This document shows positions 1-9,303 of a DNA stretch of 64,000 nucleotides, in pieces. Origin of the DNA: Planctomycetota bacterium (GTDB lineage Bacteria; Planctomycetota; B15-G4; JAXMBY01). The stretch's first letter is position 1; each line of letters opens with the position of its first letter. The translations under genes and the position numbers were made by a program. The notes under the pieces are model-generated. The model searched no databases, was not told the DNA's origin, and saw only the letters and a list, made by a program, of their open reading frames with translations. The stretch covers positions 50,405 through 114,404 of the forward strand of contig JAXMBY010000012.1 of the NCBI GenBank assembly GCA_046349655.1, written 5' to 3'.

Positions 1-442
1 GCACGGGACAGGCCCCGTTCGCACGTCGCGCCTGCGCCTCCTCAATGGCCGCCGAGACGTGCTTGAGCAGCACCATGATGTCGAAGGGTTTGCGGAACAG
101 CTCGCGCACCAACGGGTGGTCACGCAGGCTGTCCAGGATATCGTCGTCGACGCATGCGGTGGCGACGAAGAACGGCGTCTTCCGATCCATCGCCTGCACC
201 GCCATCACGAGGTCGAGACCATTGAGCTGCCCGCACTCGAGGTAGTGATCGGTGATGATGGCGTCGAAGTCCCGCTCGGCCAGGACCTTCAGGGCTTCCT
301 CGCCGCTCTCGGCGAGCACCGCGCCGTAGCCGTAGCGGCCGAGCAGGCTCTGGATCATCTCGGCAATGTGCCGTTCGTCGTCGACGATCAACACATGGGC
401 GGACGATGATGGCAACGCCGACACGGATGGCAACGCCGACAC
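1..442 (-). CDS. Response-regulator receiver domain protein (partial; 3' end lies beyond the window edge)
   Basis: The minus-strand translation is absent from the ORF track because it runs off the edge. It reads VLIVDDERHIAEMIQSLLGRYGYGAVLAESGEEALKVLAERDFDAIITDHYLECGQLNGLDLVMAVQAMDRKTPFFVATACVDDD...RKPFDIMVLLKHV. This is a CheY-like receiver: acidic DD pair, acceptor Asp in AIITD, conserved T and K. The start is uncertain: in-frame GTG at 394, 424 or 442 (442 has CCGGAG about 9 nt upstream). Confidence 0.6.
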   Translation of the reverse strand, partial: MSALPSVSALPSSSAHVLIVDDERHIAEMIQSLLGRYGYGAVLAESGEEALKVLAERDFDAIITDHYLECGQLNGLDLVMAVQAMDRKTPFFVATACVDDDILDSLRDHPLVRELFRKPFDIMVLLKHVSAAIEEAQARRANGACPV

Positions 443-446
443 GACC
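411..446. repeat. Direct tandem duplication, 18-nt unit x2
   Basis: ggcaacgccgacacggat (411-428) is followed directly by ggcaacgccgacacgacc (429-446), 16/18 identical. In frame on the minus strand this encodes VSALPS twice, just upstream of the receiver domain. Confidence 0.85.
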
Positions 447-690
447 AATGGCTCCGGAGAGAGGGCCGCGAACACGGCATGGGTCGCGTTTGTAGCACTC
501 GCGCCTGCGGCCGGCAAGCAGCTGGCGAAAAAGGCGCCAGCCGATTCGCCCCAAGCGTCCTTTGACCGGAGCTCTTCGGCGTACTAAGATCCCGAGCTTC
601 CGATTTCGTCGTCGCGTCGCATCGGTCGGAGCACGGCTGGATGCTCCCGTCGCGAGCGCGGCTCGCCTTCCCACCGCGAGGTTCCTCGGC

Positions 691-1851
691 ATGGAAAGCC
701 ACAGCGAAGGTTTCGGCACCCGCGCGGTACACGCCGGACAGCGCCCCGATCCCACGACCGGCGCGATCATGACGCCCGTGTACCTCACCTCGACCTACGT
801 GCAGGAAGCACCCGCCGTCCTCAAGAACGGCTACGACTACTCGCGCACCAAGAACCCGACCCGGGTCGCGCTCGAGGCGAATCTCGCGTCGCTCGAGAAC
901 GGCCGGTTCGGCCTCGCGTTCTCGAGCGGCATGGGCGCGGCCAACACCGTCCTCAACCTGCTCAAGCAGGGCGACCACGTCGTGGCGAGCGACGACCTCT
1001 ACGGGGGCACGTACCGGCTGTTCACCAAGCTGTATCGCAACTACGGGCTCACGTTCACATTCGTCGACGCGTCCGATCTCGATCGCACGCGCGAGTCGTT
1101 CACCGAACGCACCAAGCTCCTGTTCGTCGAGAGCCCATCGAACCCCTTGCTCAAGGTGAGCGACCTGAAAGCGCTGGCGGACCTGGCGCGCGAACGAGGC
1201 GTGATGTCGGTGTGCGACAACACGTTCGCGAGCCCCTACCTGCAGAACCCGCTCGACCTCGGCTTCGATGCCGTCCTGCACAGCACGACCAAGTACCTCG
1301 CCGGCCACAGCGACGTGGTCGGCGGCGCGCTGGTCACGAATGACCCGGATCTGCGCGCGCAGCTCGCCTTCTTCCAGAACGCCGTCGGTGCCGTGCCCGG
1401 GCCGATGGATTGCTTCCTCGTGCTGCGCGGGACCAAGACGCTGCACCTGCGCATGGAGCGGCACTGTCAGAATGCCGCTGCGGTGGCGAACTTCCTGGCG
1501 GCGCACGAACGGGTGAAGCGCGTCTACTATCCCGGACTGCCTGCCTCGCAGGGACACGAGATCGCGGCCAAGCAGATGCGCAGCTTCGGCGGCATGGTCT
1601 CGTTCGAGCTCGACGCCAGCGACGAGGACACGAAGAAGGTGGCTGCGGCAACGCGTCTGTTCTCGCTGGCCGAGAGCCTGGGTGGCGTGGAATCGCTGCT
1701 CTGTCACCCCGCGTCGATGACCCACGCCTCGATCCCGGCCGAGGAGCGGCACGCCCGCGGGCTCTCCGACGGCCTGGTGCGCCTGTCGGTGGGGGTGGAA
1801 GACGTGGCGGACCTGCTCGAGGACCTAAAGCAGGCCATCAGCGCGATTTAG
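691..1851 (+). CDS. Cys/Met-metabolism PLP-dependent enzyme (cystathionine gamma-synthase / gamma-lyase / beta-lyase family)
   Basis: Track ORF 562..1851. The family-typical N-terminus begins at ATG 691 (MESHSEGFGTRAVHAGQ...). It has the PLP-lysine motif HSTTKYLAGHSD and the C-terminal ESLGGVESL..HPASMTH..RLSVGVED. The subfamily cannot be decided by eye. Confidence 0.85.
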   Translation: MESHSEGFGTRAVHAGQRPDPTTGAIMTPVYLTSTYVQEAPAVLKNGYDYSRTKNPTRVALEANLASLENGRFGLAFSSGMGAANTVLNLLKQGDHVVASDDLYGGTYRLFTKLYRNYGLTFTFVDASDLDRTRESFTERTKLLFVESPSNPLLKVSDLKALADLARERGVMSVCDNTFASPYLQNPLDLGFDAVLHSTTKYLAGHSDVVGGALVTNDPDLRAQLAFFQNAVGAVPGPMDCFLVLRGTKTLHLRMERHCQNAAAVANFLAAHERVKRVYYPGLPASQGHEIAAKQMRSFGGMVSFELDASDEDTKKVAAATRLFSLAESLGGVESLLCHPASMTHASIPAEERHARGLSDGLVRLSVGVEDVADLLEDLKQAISAI

Positions 1852-2216
1852 CCAGCCCCTTGCTCGCGTTCCTGCTCGCCCGGCCGCACGCCGGCGGGAG
1901 CTACCTGGCTCGCTGCCTCCTGCCGCGCGAGCCCGGCGCCCACCTTCTCGCGCATGATGCGCCCCACCTTGAATTTCACCACTTTCTTGGGTGGCACGTT
2001 CACCTTCTCGAGCGTGCGCGGGTTCTGGGCACGCCGCGCCTTTCGCGGCTTCACCTCGAACACACCGAACTCTCGGAACTCCAGGCGATTACCATTGCTG
2101 AGCTCGCGGATGATCTCGTCCAGAAAGAACTGGATGATCTCCTTGGTCACGACCTTGGTCTGACCTGTCTTGTCAGCGATCCGGTTGACCAGTTCTTTCT
2201 TCGTGATGGTCTTCAT
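1848..2216 (-). CDS. HU/IHF-family DNA-binding protein with an Ala/Gly/Gln/Glu-rich C-terminal tail of about 30 aa
   Basis: MKTITKKELVNRIADKTGQTKVVTKEIIQFFLDEIIRELSNGNRLEFREFGVFEVKPRKARRAQNPRTLEKVNVPPKKVVKFKVG is the classic HU/IHF fold pattern (beta-arm RNPRT, proline). A GGAAAGGAAG Shine-Dalgarno lies upstream. It overlaps the convergent PLP gene by 4 nt. Confidence 0.85.
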   Translation of the reverse strand: MKTITKKELVNRIADKTGQTKVVTKEIIQFFLDEIIRELSNGNRLEFREFGVFEVKPRKARRAQNPRTLEKVNVPPKKVVKFKVGRIMREKVGAGLARQEAASQVAPAGVRPGEQEREQGAG

Positions 2217-2402
2217 TCACACTTCCTTTCCCCGGCCTTGTCGGAGCTCCGAGGGCGTTGCAATGGTGGCGGCCCTTCCCCTGCGGCGCGATCGGGTGGA
2301 CGCGAGCGATCGGTGGCGTGGCCAGCAGCGGGCGAGCGCTTCCTCCGCATCCTGGCCTTGGAAAGACCCTCCTGGAAGGAGACCTAACTATCGATGGCTA
2401 AA

Positions 2403-2430
2403 AAATTAAGGTGCGGGGCAGGGTTGTCAA
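2403..2430 (-). promoter_or_regulatory. Sigma70-like promoter candidate for the HU/IHF gene
   Basis: On the minus strand: TTGACA (2430-2425), 16-nt spacer, TAATTT (2408-2403). It sits in the only AT-rich patch of the 2217-2628 spacer and implies a leader of about 180 nt. Sequence match only. Confidence 0.35.
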
Positions 2431-2628
2431 TATCAAACACGTAGAAAATGGAAGCAAGTTACGCTCACGGCGTCAGTTTGAAGTCTCGGCCCGACAACGA
2501 TTTCAGCCTCCATGGACCGCCAGAAGCCCTTCCCAGGGGCGGCCCGGGAGCAGCATCGCCGGGATCCGGCAGTCTCTTCCTGGTCGGTCGATTTTGTCCT
2601 TGCGTGCTCCCGCCGCGGGCCAGGCGGT

Positions 2629-3093
2629 TCATGCTCGCCCCCCTCGCAGCTCCTGCGAATCGAGCCAAAGAGTGACCGGACCGTCGTTCACGAGCTCGAC
2701 CTGCATGTTGGCGCCGAACACGCCTTGCTCGACCACGAGCCCGTGCTGCCTCAGGCGTTGCGCGAACGTCAACACGAGCTCGCGCGCCCGCTCGCTCGAC
2801 TCCGCGCTCAGGAATTCGGGACGTCGGCCCCGGCTCAGGTTGCCGGCCAGGGTGAACTGAGAGACGACCAGGACCATGCCGCCCACGTCGCGTGGCGCCA
2901 GGTTCAGCTTGCCGCGCTCGTCGGCGAAGATGCGCAGGCTCGCGACCCTGTCCGCGACCGGCAACACGTCGTGCTCGATCCGATCACCCTTCATGATCGC
3001 CGCCAGCACGAGCAGGCCGCGCTCGATGTGGGCCACGGTTTGGCCCTCGACCCGCACCGACGCGGACGACACTCTCTGGATCACGGTGCGCAT
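2629..3093 (-). CDS. dtd: D-aminoacyl-tRNA deacylase
   Basis: The last 154 aa of track ORF 2629..3504, from ATG 3093: MRTVIQRVSSASVRVEG...VSQFTLAGN...GANMQVELVNDGPVT, the DTD signature. The upstream part of the ORF is Arg/Ala-rich and not family-like. Confidence 0.85.
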   Translation of the reverse strand: MRTVIQRVSSASVRVEGQTVAHIERGLLVLAAIMKGDRIEHDVLPVADRVASLRIFADERGKLNLAPRDVGGMVLVVSQFTLAGNLSRGRRPEFLSAESSERARELVLTFAQRLRQHGLVVEQGVFGANMQVELVNDGPVTLWLDSQELRGGRA

Positions 3094-3140
3094 GCGATCA
3101 AGATCCCTGCAAGCATCGGCGCGACGGCGGCGCCGGCCAG

Positions 3141-4166
3141 CTACCCCTTCGATCCACTGCGGGCCAGCAGCGCGTGGATGCGGCTCGGCACGAAGAAGAG
3201 CAGGTCGAAGACCGAGCGCGTCTCGGTGTCGCCCACGTCCGCGTTCAGGAACCGCGTGTAGTACTCGAGCGCCTTCTGGTCGTCGTGCATCGCCTCGTAG
3301 ATCCAGCCCAGGTTGTAGTAGATGTTGGGCCGCCTGGCATCTTGCGCCACGACCTGCTCGTACAGCTCGATCGCCTGCGGGTAGCGCTGCTCGTAGGTGA
3401 GCATGTTCGCATGCCAGGCGAGCGCGTCGAGGTCGCCCGCGTTCTGCTGCAGCAGCACGCTGAACTGGACATCCGCCTCCGCGGCATGGCCCAGCGCCGT
3501 CCACAGCAGCACCGCATAGTCGAATCGCGCATCGCGATCCGCCGGGCGAATCCGCAGGTAGCGCTCGTAGCGGCCACGCGCATCCTCGTAATCACCGAGC
3601 GCGTCCTCGACCTCGGCCAGGTCGCGCAGCGCCTCCGGGAACTCGTCCCACACATCGAGCGCCCGCAACAGCTGGTCGCGAGCCGCCTCCAGGTTGTCCG
3701 CACGACGCTCGTTCAGTGCCAGCCCGAGCAAGGCCCACACGAACTGCGGATCGAGCTCGAGCGCCCGTCGCAGCAGCGCTTGCTGATCTTCCGGTCGCGT
3801 CAGGAAGCGCGCCTTCAGGGTGAGGTGGAAAGCGCTGTCCTCGGGGAGGGTATCGTAGTGCTCTTTCGCCAGCTCGGCCTCGCCTGCCGGCCCCGCCTCG
3901 AGCAGCAGGTCCTGCAGCGCGCGCTGCACGCGAAACGAATCCGGGCAACGCTCTCGCAACGCGCACAGGTAGGCACGCGCCGTCTCTGGCTTGCCGCGCC
4001 GGCCCAGCTTGAGAGCGCGATCGAGGTCGAGCGCGTCGTTGTCCCTGAGCACCTCACCGCGCGGCGGGCCGTGGTCGCCGAGCAAGCCGCACTGCGGCGC
4101 GCACGATGCGATCAGCAGCAGCAACGCCGCGGCGCCTGATCGGGAGCGGTTGCGGGCTGGCGGCAC
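3141..4166 (-). CDS. TPR-repeat lipoprotein
   Basis: Track ORF 3141..4259. The best start is GTG 4166 (GGAGAA 7 nt upstream), giving MPPARNRSRSGAAALLLLIASC, a lipoprotein signal peptide with a lipobox. The rest is TPR-like helical repeats (e.g. IYYNLGWIYEAMHDDQKALEYYTRFL). Confidence 0.7.
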   Translation of the reverse strand: MPPARNRSRSGAAALLLLIASCAPQCGLLGDHGPPRGEVLRDNDALDLDRALKLGRRGKPETARAYLCALRERCPDSFRVQRALQDLLLEAGPAGEAELAKEHYDTLPEDSAFHLTLKARFLTRPEDQQALLRRALELDPQFVWALLGLALNERRADNLEAARDQLLRALDVWDEFPEALRDLAEVEDALGDYEDARGRYERYLRIRPADRDARFDYAVLLWTALGHAAEADVQFSVLLQQNAGDLDALAWHANMLTYEQRYPQAIELYEQVVAQDARRPNIYYNLGWIYEAMHDDQKALEYYTRFLNADVGDTETRSVFDLLFFVPSRIHALLARSGSKG

Positions 4167-4288
4167 CGATGGCTTCTCCGCGATGCCTTGGAACGCGCGC
4201 CCAGGATGCCAGAAGCAGCGGGGAACGCAACCTCCAGCACCGGCCGAGCCACCAGACAACTCGACCGCCGCGACCGCCGGCCGCTCGG

Positions 4289-4768
4289 CTAGGGCGTGAG
4301 CTCGAGGTCGGCGTTGCGGATCGACAGCGCGCTGCCTGCCGCGAGCCCGTCGGGTGTTCGCAAGCGCACGTGGCCACGCGCGCTCACCTTCACTCGCTGC
4401 CGGTTGCGCAGCGCTGCGTCGTCATCGAAGATCGCCTTCAGGCGCTGCTTGGCAAGCAGCCTGAGCTCGACCACCTGGAGCGTCAGCGGCGGGATCCCGA
4501 GGCCGGCGGGGTCGACGAGCTCGATCTGGGTCGACGTGATGCGCCGCTCCTGAGCGTCCGGATCACACACCACGGAGCATGCGCCGCGGTAGATGCGTGG
4601 CAGGACGATCTCGATCTCGTCGGCACGGATTTCCGTCGGCGTACGCAGGTGATGGTCGCTCTCGGCTGGAAACGAGACGGTCGTGGCGCCAGGATTGCGA
4701 GTTTCCGAGGCACAACCGCCGCTCGGCAGCAGAACAGCGAGGACCACCGCACCGAACTTCGCGCTCAT
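4289..4768 (-). CDS. Small lipoprotein, family not recognised
   Basis: From ATG 4768 within track ORF 4289..5197: MSAKFGAVVLAVLLPSGGCAS (signal peptide plus lipobox). It is 159 aa with sensible, non-low-complexity composition. Confidence 0.55.
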   Translation of the reverse strand: MSAKFGAVVLAVLLPSGGCASETRNPGATTVSFPAESDHHLRTPTEIRADEIEIVLPRIYRGACSVVCDPDAQERRITSTQIELVDPAGLGIPPLTLQVVELRLLAKQRLKAIFDDDAALRNRQRVKVSARGHVRLRTPDGLAAGSALSIRNADLELTP

Positions 4769-5006
4769 CGAATCTCCCCTGGGGACCATGCCGCGCCAAA
4801 CCTGGCGACGAACCGCTGGTGTCCTGACTAGGATGTTCGACATTTGTGGCCGTCTCCCCAAGGGGATGACGACCGCTCGAAACACCGCGCTCGCCGTTTG
4901 GGTCCTGGGGAGCTGATGATAATCAAGAGAGCTCGATGGCCGCGTGATTGGCGAGGTTCGATGGCGATCTCGGCCTTGATCCCGAGCGACGAAGGCATTG
5001 TGCAAC

Positions 5007-6470
5007 GTGCGCCTCCCAGCCGTAGCTGACGCGATCGTGCTGCTGCTGCTGATCGCGCTGCCATGGTGCGGCTGCGAAACGTACCCGGACATCGAGGCGC
5101 GCCCGCTGTTCTCCACGTCGCGCAGCAAGCTGTTCGCGCGCACCGAGACCTCGATGCTCACGCCGATCTTCGACCACACCAGCGACGCCGGTCGCACCGA
5201 GTGGGCGATTCACCCCCTCTGGCGCCGCATCGCGACCGCGGAGCAAACCGAGGTTCAGGTGCTGAGCCCGCTGTTCGAGTACGATCAGCGGCAGCGGCGC
5301 ACCCGCGCATGGCTGATCCCGCTCATCTACTACCAGAACATCGAGCGACCGGAGGGGCGGGACTGGGATCTGCTCGCGTTCCCGTTCTTCATGGGCGGCG
5401 GCGACGCGGGCGAACGCTACTTCGGCCTGTTCCCGCTGGCGGGTTACCTGCGCTCGTTCGCCGCGTACGACAGCATCACGTTCGTGCTGTTTCCGCTCTA
5501 CTACAGCGCCACCAAGCGAGTGACGGAGACGCGCACGAACTACAACATCACACCTCTGTTCGGCTGGACCGAGGGCGGCGTACTGGACGGATCGTTCCAC
5601 ATCTATCCGTTCTATGGGCAGAGCATCTGGAAGGGGAAGTACGACAAGCGAACCGTGCTCTTTCCGTTCTTCAACTACGATCGCTATGGCCTCGACACCG
5701 ACCACCCGGCAACGCTGTTCGCCATCTGGCCGCTGTGGATGCGCGACCACGCCGACAACCACGAGTTCTGGACGCTGCTCTGGCCGCTGTTCCGGTTCAA
5801 CTGGGAGGAACCCGATCGCCTGGGCAGCGAGCCCAATTCGGCGCGCCAGCGGTACTCGCTGATCGATTTCCCGTGGCCGCTCGTCCACTACGAGAACGGT
5901 CGCAAGTTCGAGAAGCTGCGGATCTTCCCGTTCTACTCGCACTACCGTTCCCACGATCTCGAGAGCCGGGCGTACCTGATCCCGCTCATCTGGGATCGCG
6001 CCGAGCGGGTTCGCGATGGCGTGCGGTCGAGCTTCTACTTCGTGCCGTTCGTCCATCATCAGGTCACAAGCTACGAGGACTTTCGTGGCAGCGACAGCTA
6101 CCTCAAGATTTGGCCCTTTTACCATCAGCGCTTCTTTGCCGACGGTCGAGCAGATGTAGGCGTGCTGTCGCCGCTGCCGCTGATGATCGAGAACTGGCTA
6201 CATTACATAGATGAAAACTGGGGCGTGTTCTGGAGCCTGTACCGGTTCCGCCGCGACGATCGCGGCGCCGAGTGGTACTCGGCCCTGTTCAGCGTGATCC
6301 ATGGCTACCGGGATGGATTCGAACGGCGGTTCGCGGTGGGACCGCTCTACGACTACCGCGAGTTCGGCGACGAGGAGACCATCCATCGGCTGCTGCTCGG
6401 GATCGTGAGCTTCGGCGAGAAGCGCGGCAGGTTCACTCTCTCGCTGGGGCCATGGACGGTGATCGAATGA
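5007..6470 (+). CDS. Secreted/lipoprotein-like protein built from about twenty proline-aromatic repeats (x-P-[LFI]-[FYW])
   Basis: Track ORF 4998..6470. GTG 5007 is preferred over TTG 4998 (GAAGG is 12 nt upstream of the GTG). Hydrophobic leader AIVLLLLIALPWCGC. Recurrent motifs: HPLWR, SPLFE, IPLIY, FPFFM, FPLAG, FPLYY, TPLFG, YPFYG, FPFFN, WPLWM, WPLFR, FPFYS, IPLIW, VPFVH, WPFYH, GPLYD. No family recognised. Confidence 0.65.
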   Translation: MRLPAVADAIVLLLLIALPWCGCETYPDIEARPLFSTSRSKLFARTETSMLTPIFDHTSDAGRTEWAIHPLWRRIATAEQTEVQVLSPLFEYDQRQRRTRAWLIPLIYYQNIERPEGRDWDLLAFPFFMGGGDAGERYFGLFPLAGYLRSFAAYDSITFVLFPLYYSATKRVTETRTNYNITPLFGWTEGGVLDGSFHIYPFYGQSIWKGKYDKRTVLFPFFNYDRYGLDTDHPATLFAIWPLWMRDHADNHEFWTLLWPLFRFNWEEPDRLGSEPNSARQRYSLIDFPWPLVHYENGRKFEKLRIFPFYSHYRSHDLESRAYLIPLIWDRAERVRDGVRSSFYFVPFVHHQVTSYEDFRGSDSYLKIWPFYHQRFFADGRADVGVLSPLPLMIENWLHYIDENWGVFWSLYRFRRDDRGAEWYSALFSVIHGYRDGFERRFAVGPLYDYREFGDEETIHRLLLGIVSFGEKRGRFTLSLGPWTVIE

Positions 6471-6492
6471 GCCACAACCACAGGACCATCGC

Positions 6493-7290
6493 TTGAGGAA
6501 GTTCTTCGCCACCACGGGTGCATTCGTCCAGGGATCGGTGGAGCAGAGCGGGTTCACGGTGGACCTGCTGCTGCGCTCGTTCTACTGGCTACGGCATGTC
6601 CGCAAGCGCTGGCGGTTCATCGTCGACCAGATGTTCAACTGCGGCATCAGGCCGCTGCCGGTGATCGTCGTCGTGGCGGTGTTCACCGGCATGATCCTCG
6701 CCCTGCAAACCGGGCTCGAGCTCGCACGTTTCGGCCAGAAGGAGCGCATCGCCGACATCATCGGCATCGTGCTTTGTCGCGAGATGGGGCCGTTCATGAC
6801 CGCGCTGATCTTGACGGCGAGCGTCGGCGCGAGCATGGCCGCGGAGCTCGGGACCATGAAGGTCTCCGAGGAGATCGACGCGCTCGAGGTGATGTCGATC
6901 GACCCGGTCACGTTCCTGGTGATGCCGCGCGTGCTCGCGCTCGGGATCATGTGTCCGCTGCTCACGCTCTTCACCAACGGCATCGGCGTGATCGGCGGAT
7001 CCCTGGTCGGTGCCGCACAGCTCGACATCGCCCCCGAGATCTACTTCCGCAATGTGATCGACTCGCTGTCGGACGACCTCACCTTCTTCGGCCTGCCGAA
7101 GGACCTGTACACCGGGCTATTCAAGGCGCACGTGTTCGGCATCACGATCGCGATCATCGGCTGCTCCACCGGGCTGCGTGCCTCGGGCGGCGCGCTCGGC
7201 GTCGGTCGCGCGACGCGCAGCGCGGTGATCAACGCGTTCTTGATCGTGATCATCAGCGGTTACTACATGACCTGGATCTTCTACCGGTGA
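6493..7290 (+). CDS. mlaE: MlaE/Ttg2B-type ABC transporter permease
   Basis: 265 aa, TTG start. Family pattern ...CREMGPFMTALILTASVGASMAAELGTMKVSEEIDALEVMSIDP...GLFKAHVFGITIAIIGC. Confidence 0.85.
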   Translation: MRKFFATTGAFVQGSVEQSGFTVDLLLRSFYWLRHVRKRWRFIVDQMFNCGIRPLPVIVVVAVFTGMILALQTGLELARFGQKERIADIIGIVLCREMGPFMTALILTASVGASMAAELGTMKVSEEIDALEVMSIDPVTFLVMPRVLALGIMCPLLTLFTNGIGVIGGSLVGAAQLDIAPEIYFRNVIDSLSDDLTFFGLPKDLYTGLFKAHVFGITIAIIGCSTGLRASGGALGVGRATRSAVINAFLIVIISGYYMTWIFYR

Positions 7291-8018
7291 TCCGGCTCGA
7301 GGGCGTCTACAAGTCGTTCGGAACGAAGCGCGTGCTGATCGACATGAACCTGCACGTGCAGCGGGGCGAGACGTTCGTGATCCTCGGTCCGTCGGGCATC
7401 GGCAAGTCGGTCACGCTGAAGCACATCGTCGGTCTGGTGAAGCCGGACCGCGGCTCGGTCGTGGTCGCCGGCGTCGACGTCACCACCGCCAGCGCCGAGC
7501 AGCTCTACGAGGTGCGCAGCAAGATCGGCTACCTGTTCCAGTCGGGCGCGCTCATCAACTGGCTGACGGTTGCCGAGAATGTCGCGCTGCCGCTGAAGGA
7601 GCACACCAACCAGACCAGCTACGAGGTCTCGCGCCGGGTCGACGAGCTGCTCGCACAGGTGCAAATGCTGCATGCGCGCGACAACTATCCTGCCGATATC
7701 AGCGGCGGCATGCGCAAGCGCGCCGCGCTGGCCCGGGTGCTGGCAGGAACGCCGTCGATCGTGCTGTATGACGAGCCGACCGCCGGGCTCGATCCGATCA
7801 TGACGATGACCATCGCCAAGCTGATCCGTCGCGTGCAGCGCGAGTTCGAGGTGACGAGCATCGTCGTCACGCACGACATGCCCGCGGCATGGGAGATTGC
7901 CGATCGGGTCGGCATGATCAACGAGGGACACCTGATCGAGATCGGCACCGCGGACGAGATCCGGCGATCGCAAAACCCGGTCGTGAGCCGCTTCATTCGC
8001 GGCCAGGTGAGCGAATGA
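7287..8018 (+). CDS. mlaF: MlaF-type ABC transporter ATP-binding protein
   Basis: GTG 7287 overlaps the mlaE stop (GTGA). Walker A GPSGIGKS, signature ISGGMRKR, Walker B VLYDEPT. Only the last 243 aa of track ORF 6774..8018 are real. Confidence 0.9.
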   Translation: MIRLEGVYKSFGTKRVLIDMNLHVQRGETFVILGPSGIGKSVTLKHIVGLVKPDRGSVVVAGVDVTTASAEQLYEVRSKIGYLFQSGALINWLTVAENVALPLKEHTNQTSYEVSRRVDELLAQVQMLHARDNYPADISGGMRKRAALARVLAGTPSIVLYDEPTAGLDPIMTMTIAKLIRRVQREFEVTSIVVTHDMPAAWEIADRVGMINEGHLIEIGTADEIRRSQNPVVSRFIRGQVSE

Positions 8019-8090
8019 AGCGCGGGCGCATCGCCAGGTGTTGGCCGGTGCCGGCGTCGGTGAGGGCAAGCGAGCCATGGAGGTGGTTCA

Positions 8091-9295
8091 ATGGTGGCAC
8101 GTGAGACACTCTTGGGCGTCGTGTTCTTCGGCGCGTTGATCGGCCTGGGCGTGCTCACGGTCACGCTCTCCGACGTGTCGCTGTTCGAGAAGCGCTGGAG
8201 CTACGAGGTGTATTTCCCCGACGTGAAGGGCCTCAAGAGCGGCGACCCCGTGCACGTGTACGGCACCAAGTATGGCAAGGTCGCGGACGTCAGCGTCACG
8301 TCGCTGCCGGACGACCACCAGCGGGTGCGCGTCACGCTGGTCACCAACCGACCGCTCGACCTGCGCGCGGGCACCGGCGCGGTGGAGGAGGGCCGCTACC
8401 GCATCTTCGTCCGCGACCAGACGCTGCTCGGCGGCAAGCTGGTGGAGGTGCTGGTGGGCACCCAGGGCAACCCCGCCGTCGCTCCCTACTTCGGCACCGC
8501 GCTCGAGGAGCCGTTGCGCGCTGTGCAGATGCTGGTCGAGGACAACCGCGACAAGCTCCGAGCGCGATCTCCCACGTCAGCGACCTGCTGGTCGCCATCG
8601 CCGAGGGCAAGGGCAGCCTGGGCAAGTTCCTGGTCGAGGAGGATCTCTACGCCAACGTCAAGCACATATCCAGCCGCGCGGTGGAGATCGCCGATGCGCT
8701 CGGCAAGGACAGCAACGGCTCGCTCGCACGGCTGCTGTACTCGAGCGAAGCGCACGATGCGCTTGCCACCTTGCTCGCGCACGCGAACGACCTCGCGCAG
8801 CGCTTGAAGAATGGCGAGGGCGTGCTGGGCCAGCTGCTCACCGATTCGGAGCTGCAGCGCTCGCTGAAGCAAACGGTCGCTGCGGTCGAGGCCATCGCCA
8901 CACGCCTCGAGCGCGGCGAAGGCGCCCTCGGCAAGCTGACCACGGCCGAATCGAATCAGCTGGTCGACGAGGCGCATCAGTTCCTGACCGCGGCCAGGTC
9001 GCTGGTCGACAACTTCAACCAGGGCAAGGGCCTGATCGGCCGCTTGATGCAGGACCAGGAGTTCGCGAACAAGGTGATGAGCATCGTCGACCGGGCCGAC
9101 AAGGCGATCGGCGACTTCGCGTACTTCACGGATCACGTTCGCAAGGGTGGCGGCGCACTCGGTCTCCTGTTGTTCGACGAGGTCACGCGCGATCGCCTGG
9201 TGGCGGTCGTGGATCAGCTCGCCGGCGTGATCGAGGACGCACGCGAGTCCGCCCCGGTGAGCAGCGTTGCCTCGTTCCTGTTCGGGACCTTCTGA
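8091..9295 (+). CDS. mlaD: MlaD/MCE-family substrate-binding protein, interrupted by one apparent 1-nt deletion
   Basis: The TM plus MCE domain lies in ORF 8091..8807 (FPDVKGLKSGDPVHVYGTKYGKVADV...LVEDNRDKL). It continues in the frame of ORF 8681..9295 (SAISHVSDLLVAIAEGKGSLGKFLVEEDLYANV..., repeated GEGxLGxL helices). The join needs one extra nucleotide at about 8558-8561. Confidence 0.75.
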
Positions 9296-9303
9296 GCGTC
9301 CTC

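Noticed and set aside
450-690. A possible SAM or other riboswitch in the 240-nt leader of the Cys/Met PLP enzyme gene
   Set aside because: I found a GGAGCA...TGCTCC hairpin but none of the conserved SAM-I/II core sequences I can recall. A covariance-model scan is needed before any call.
4911-4923. A GATAAT -10-like box in the divergent spacer between the small lipoprotein and the repeat-protein gene
   Set aside because: There is no acceptable -35 at 16-18 nt and no extended -10. It is too weak to call.
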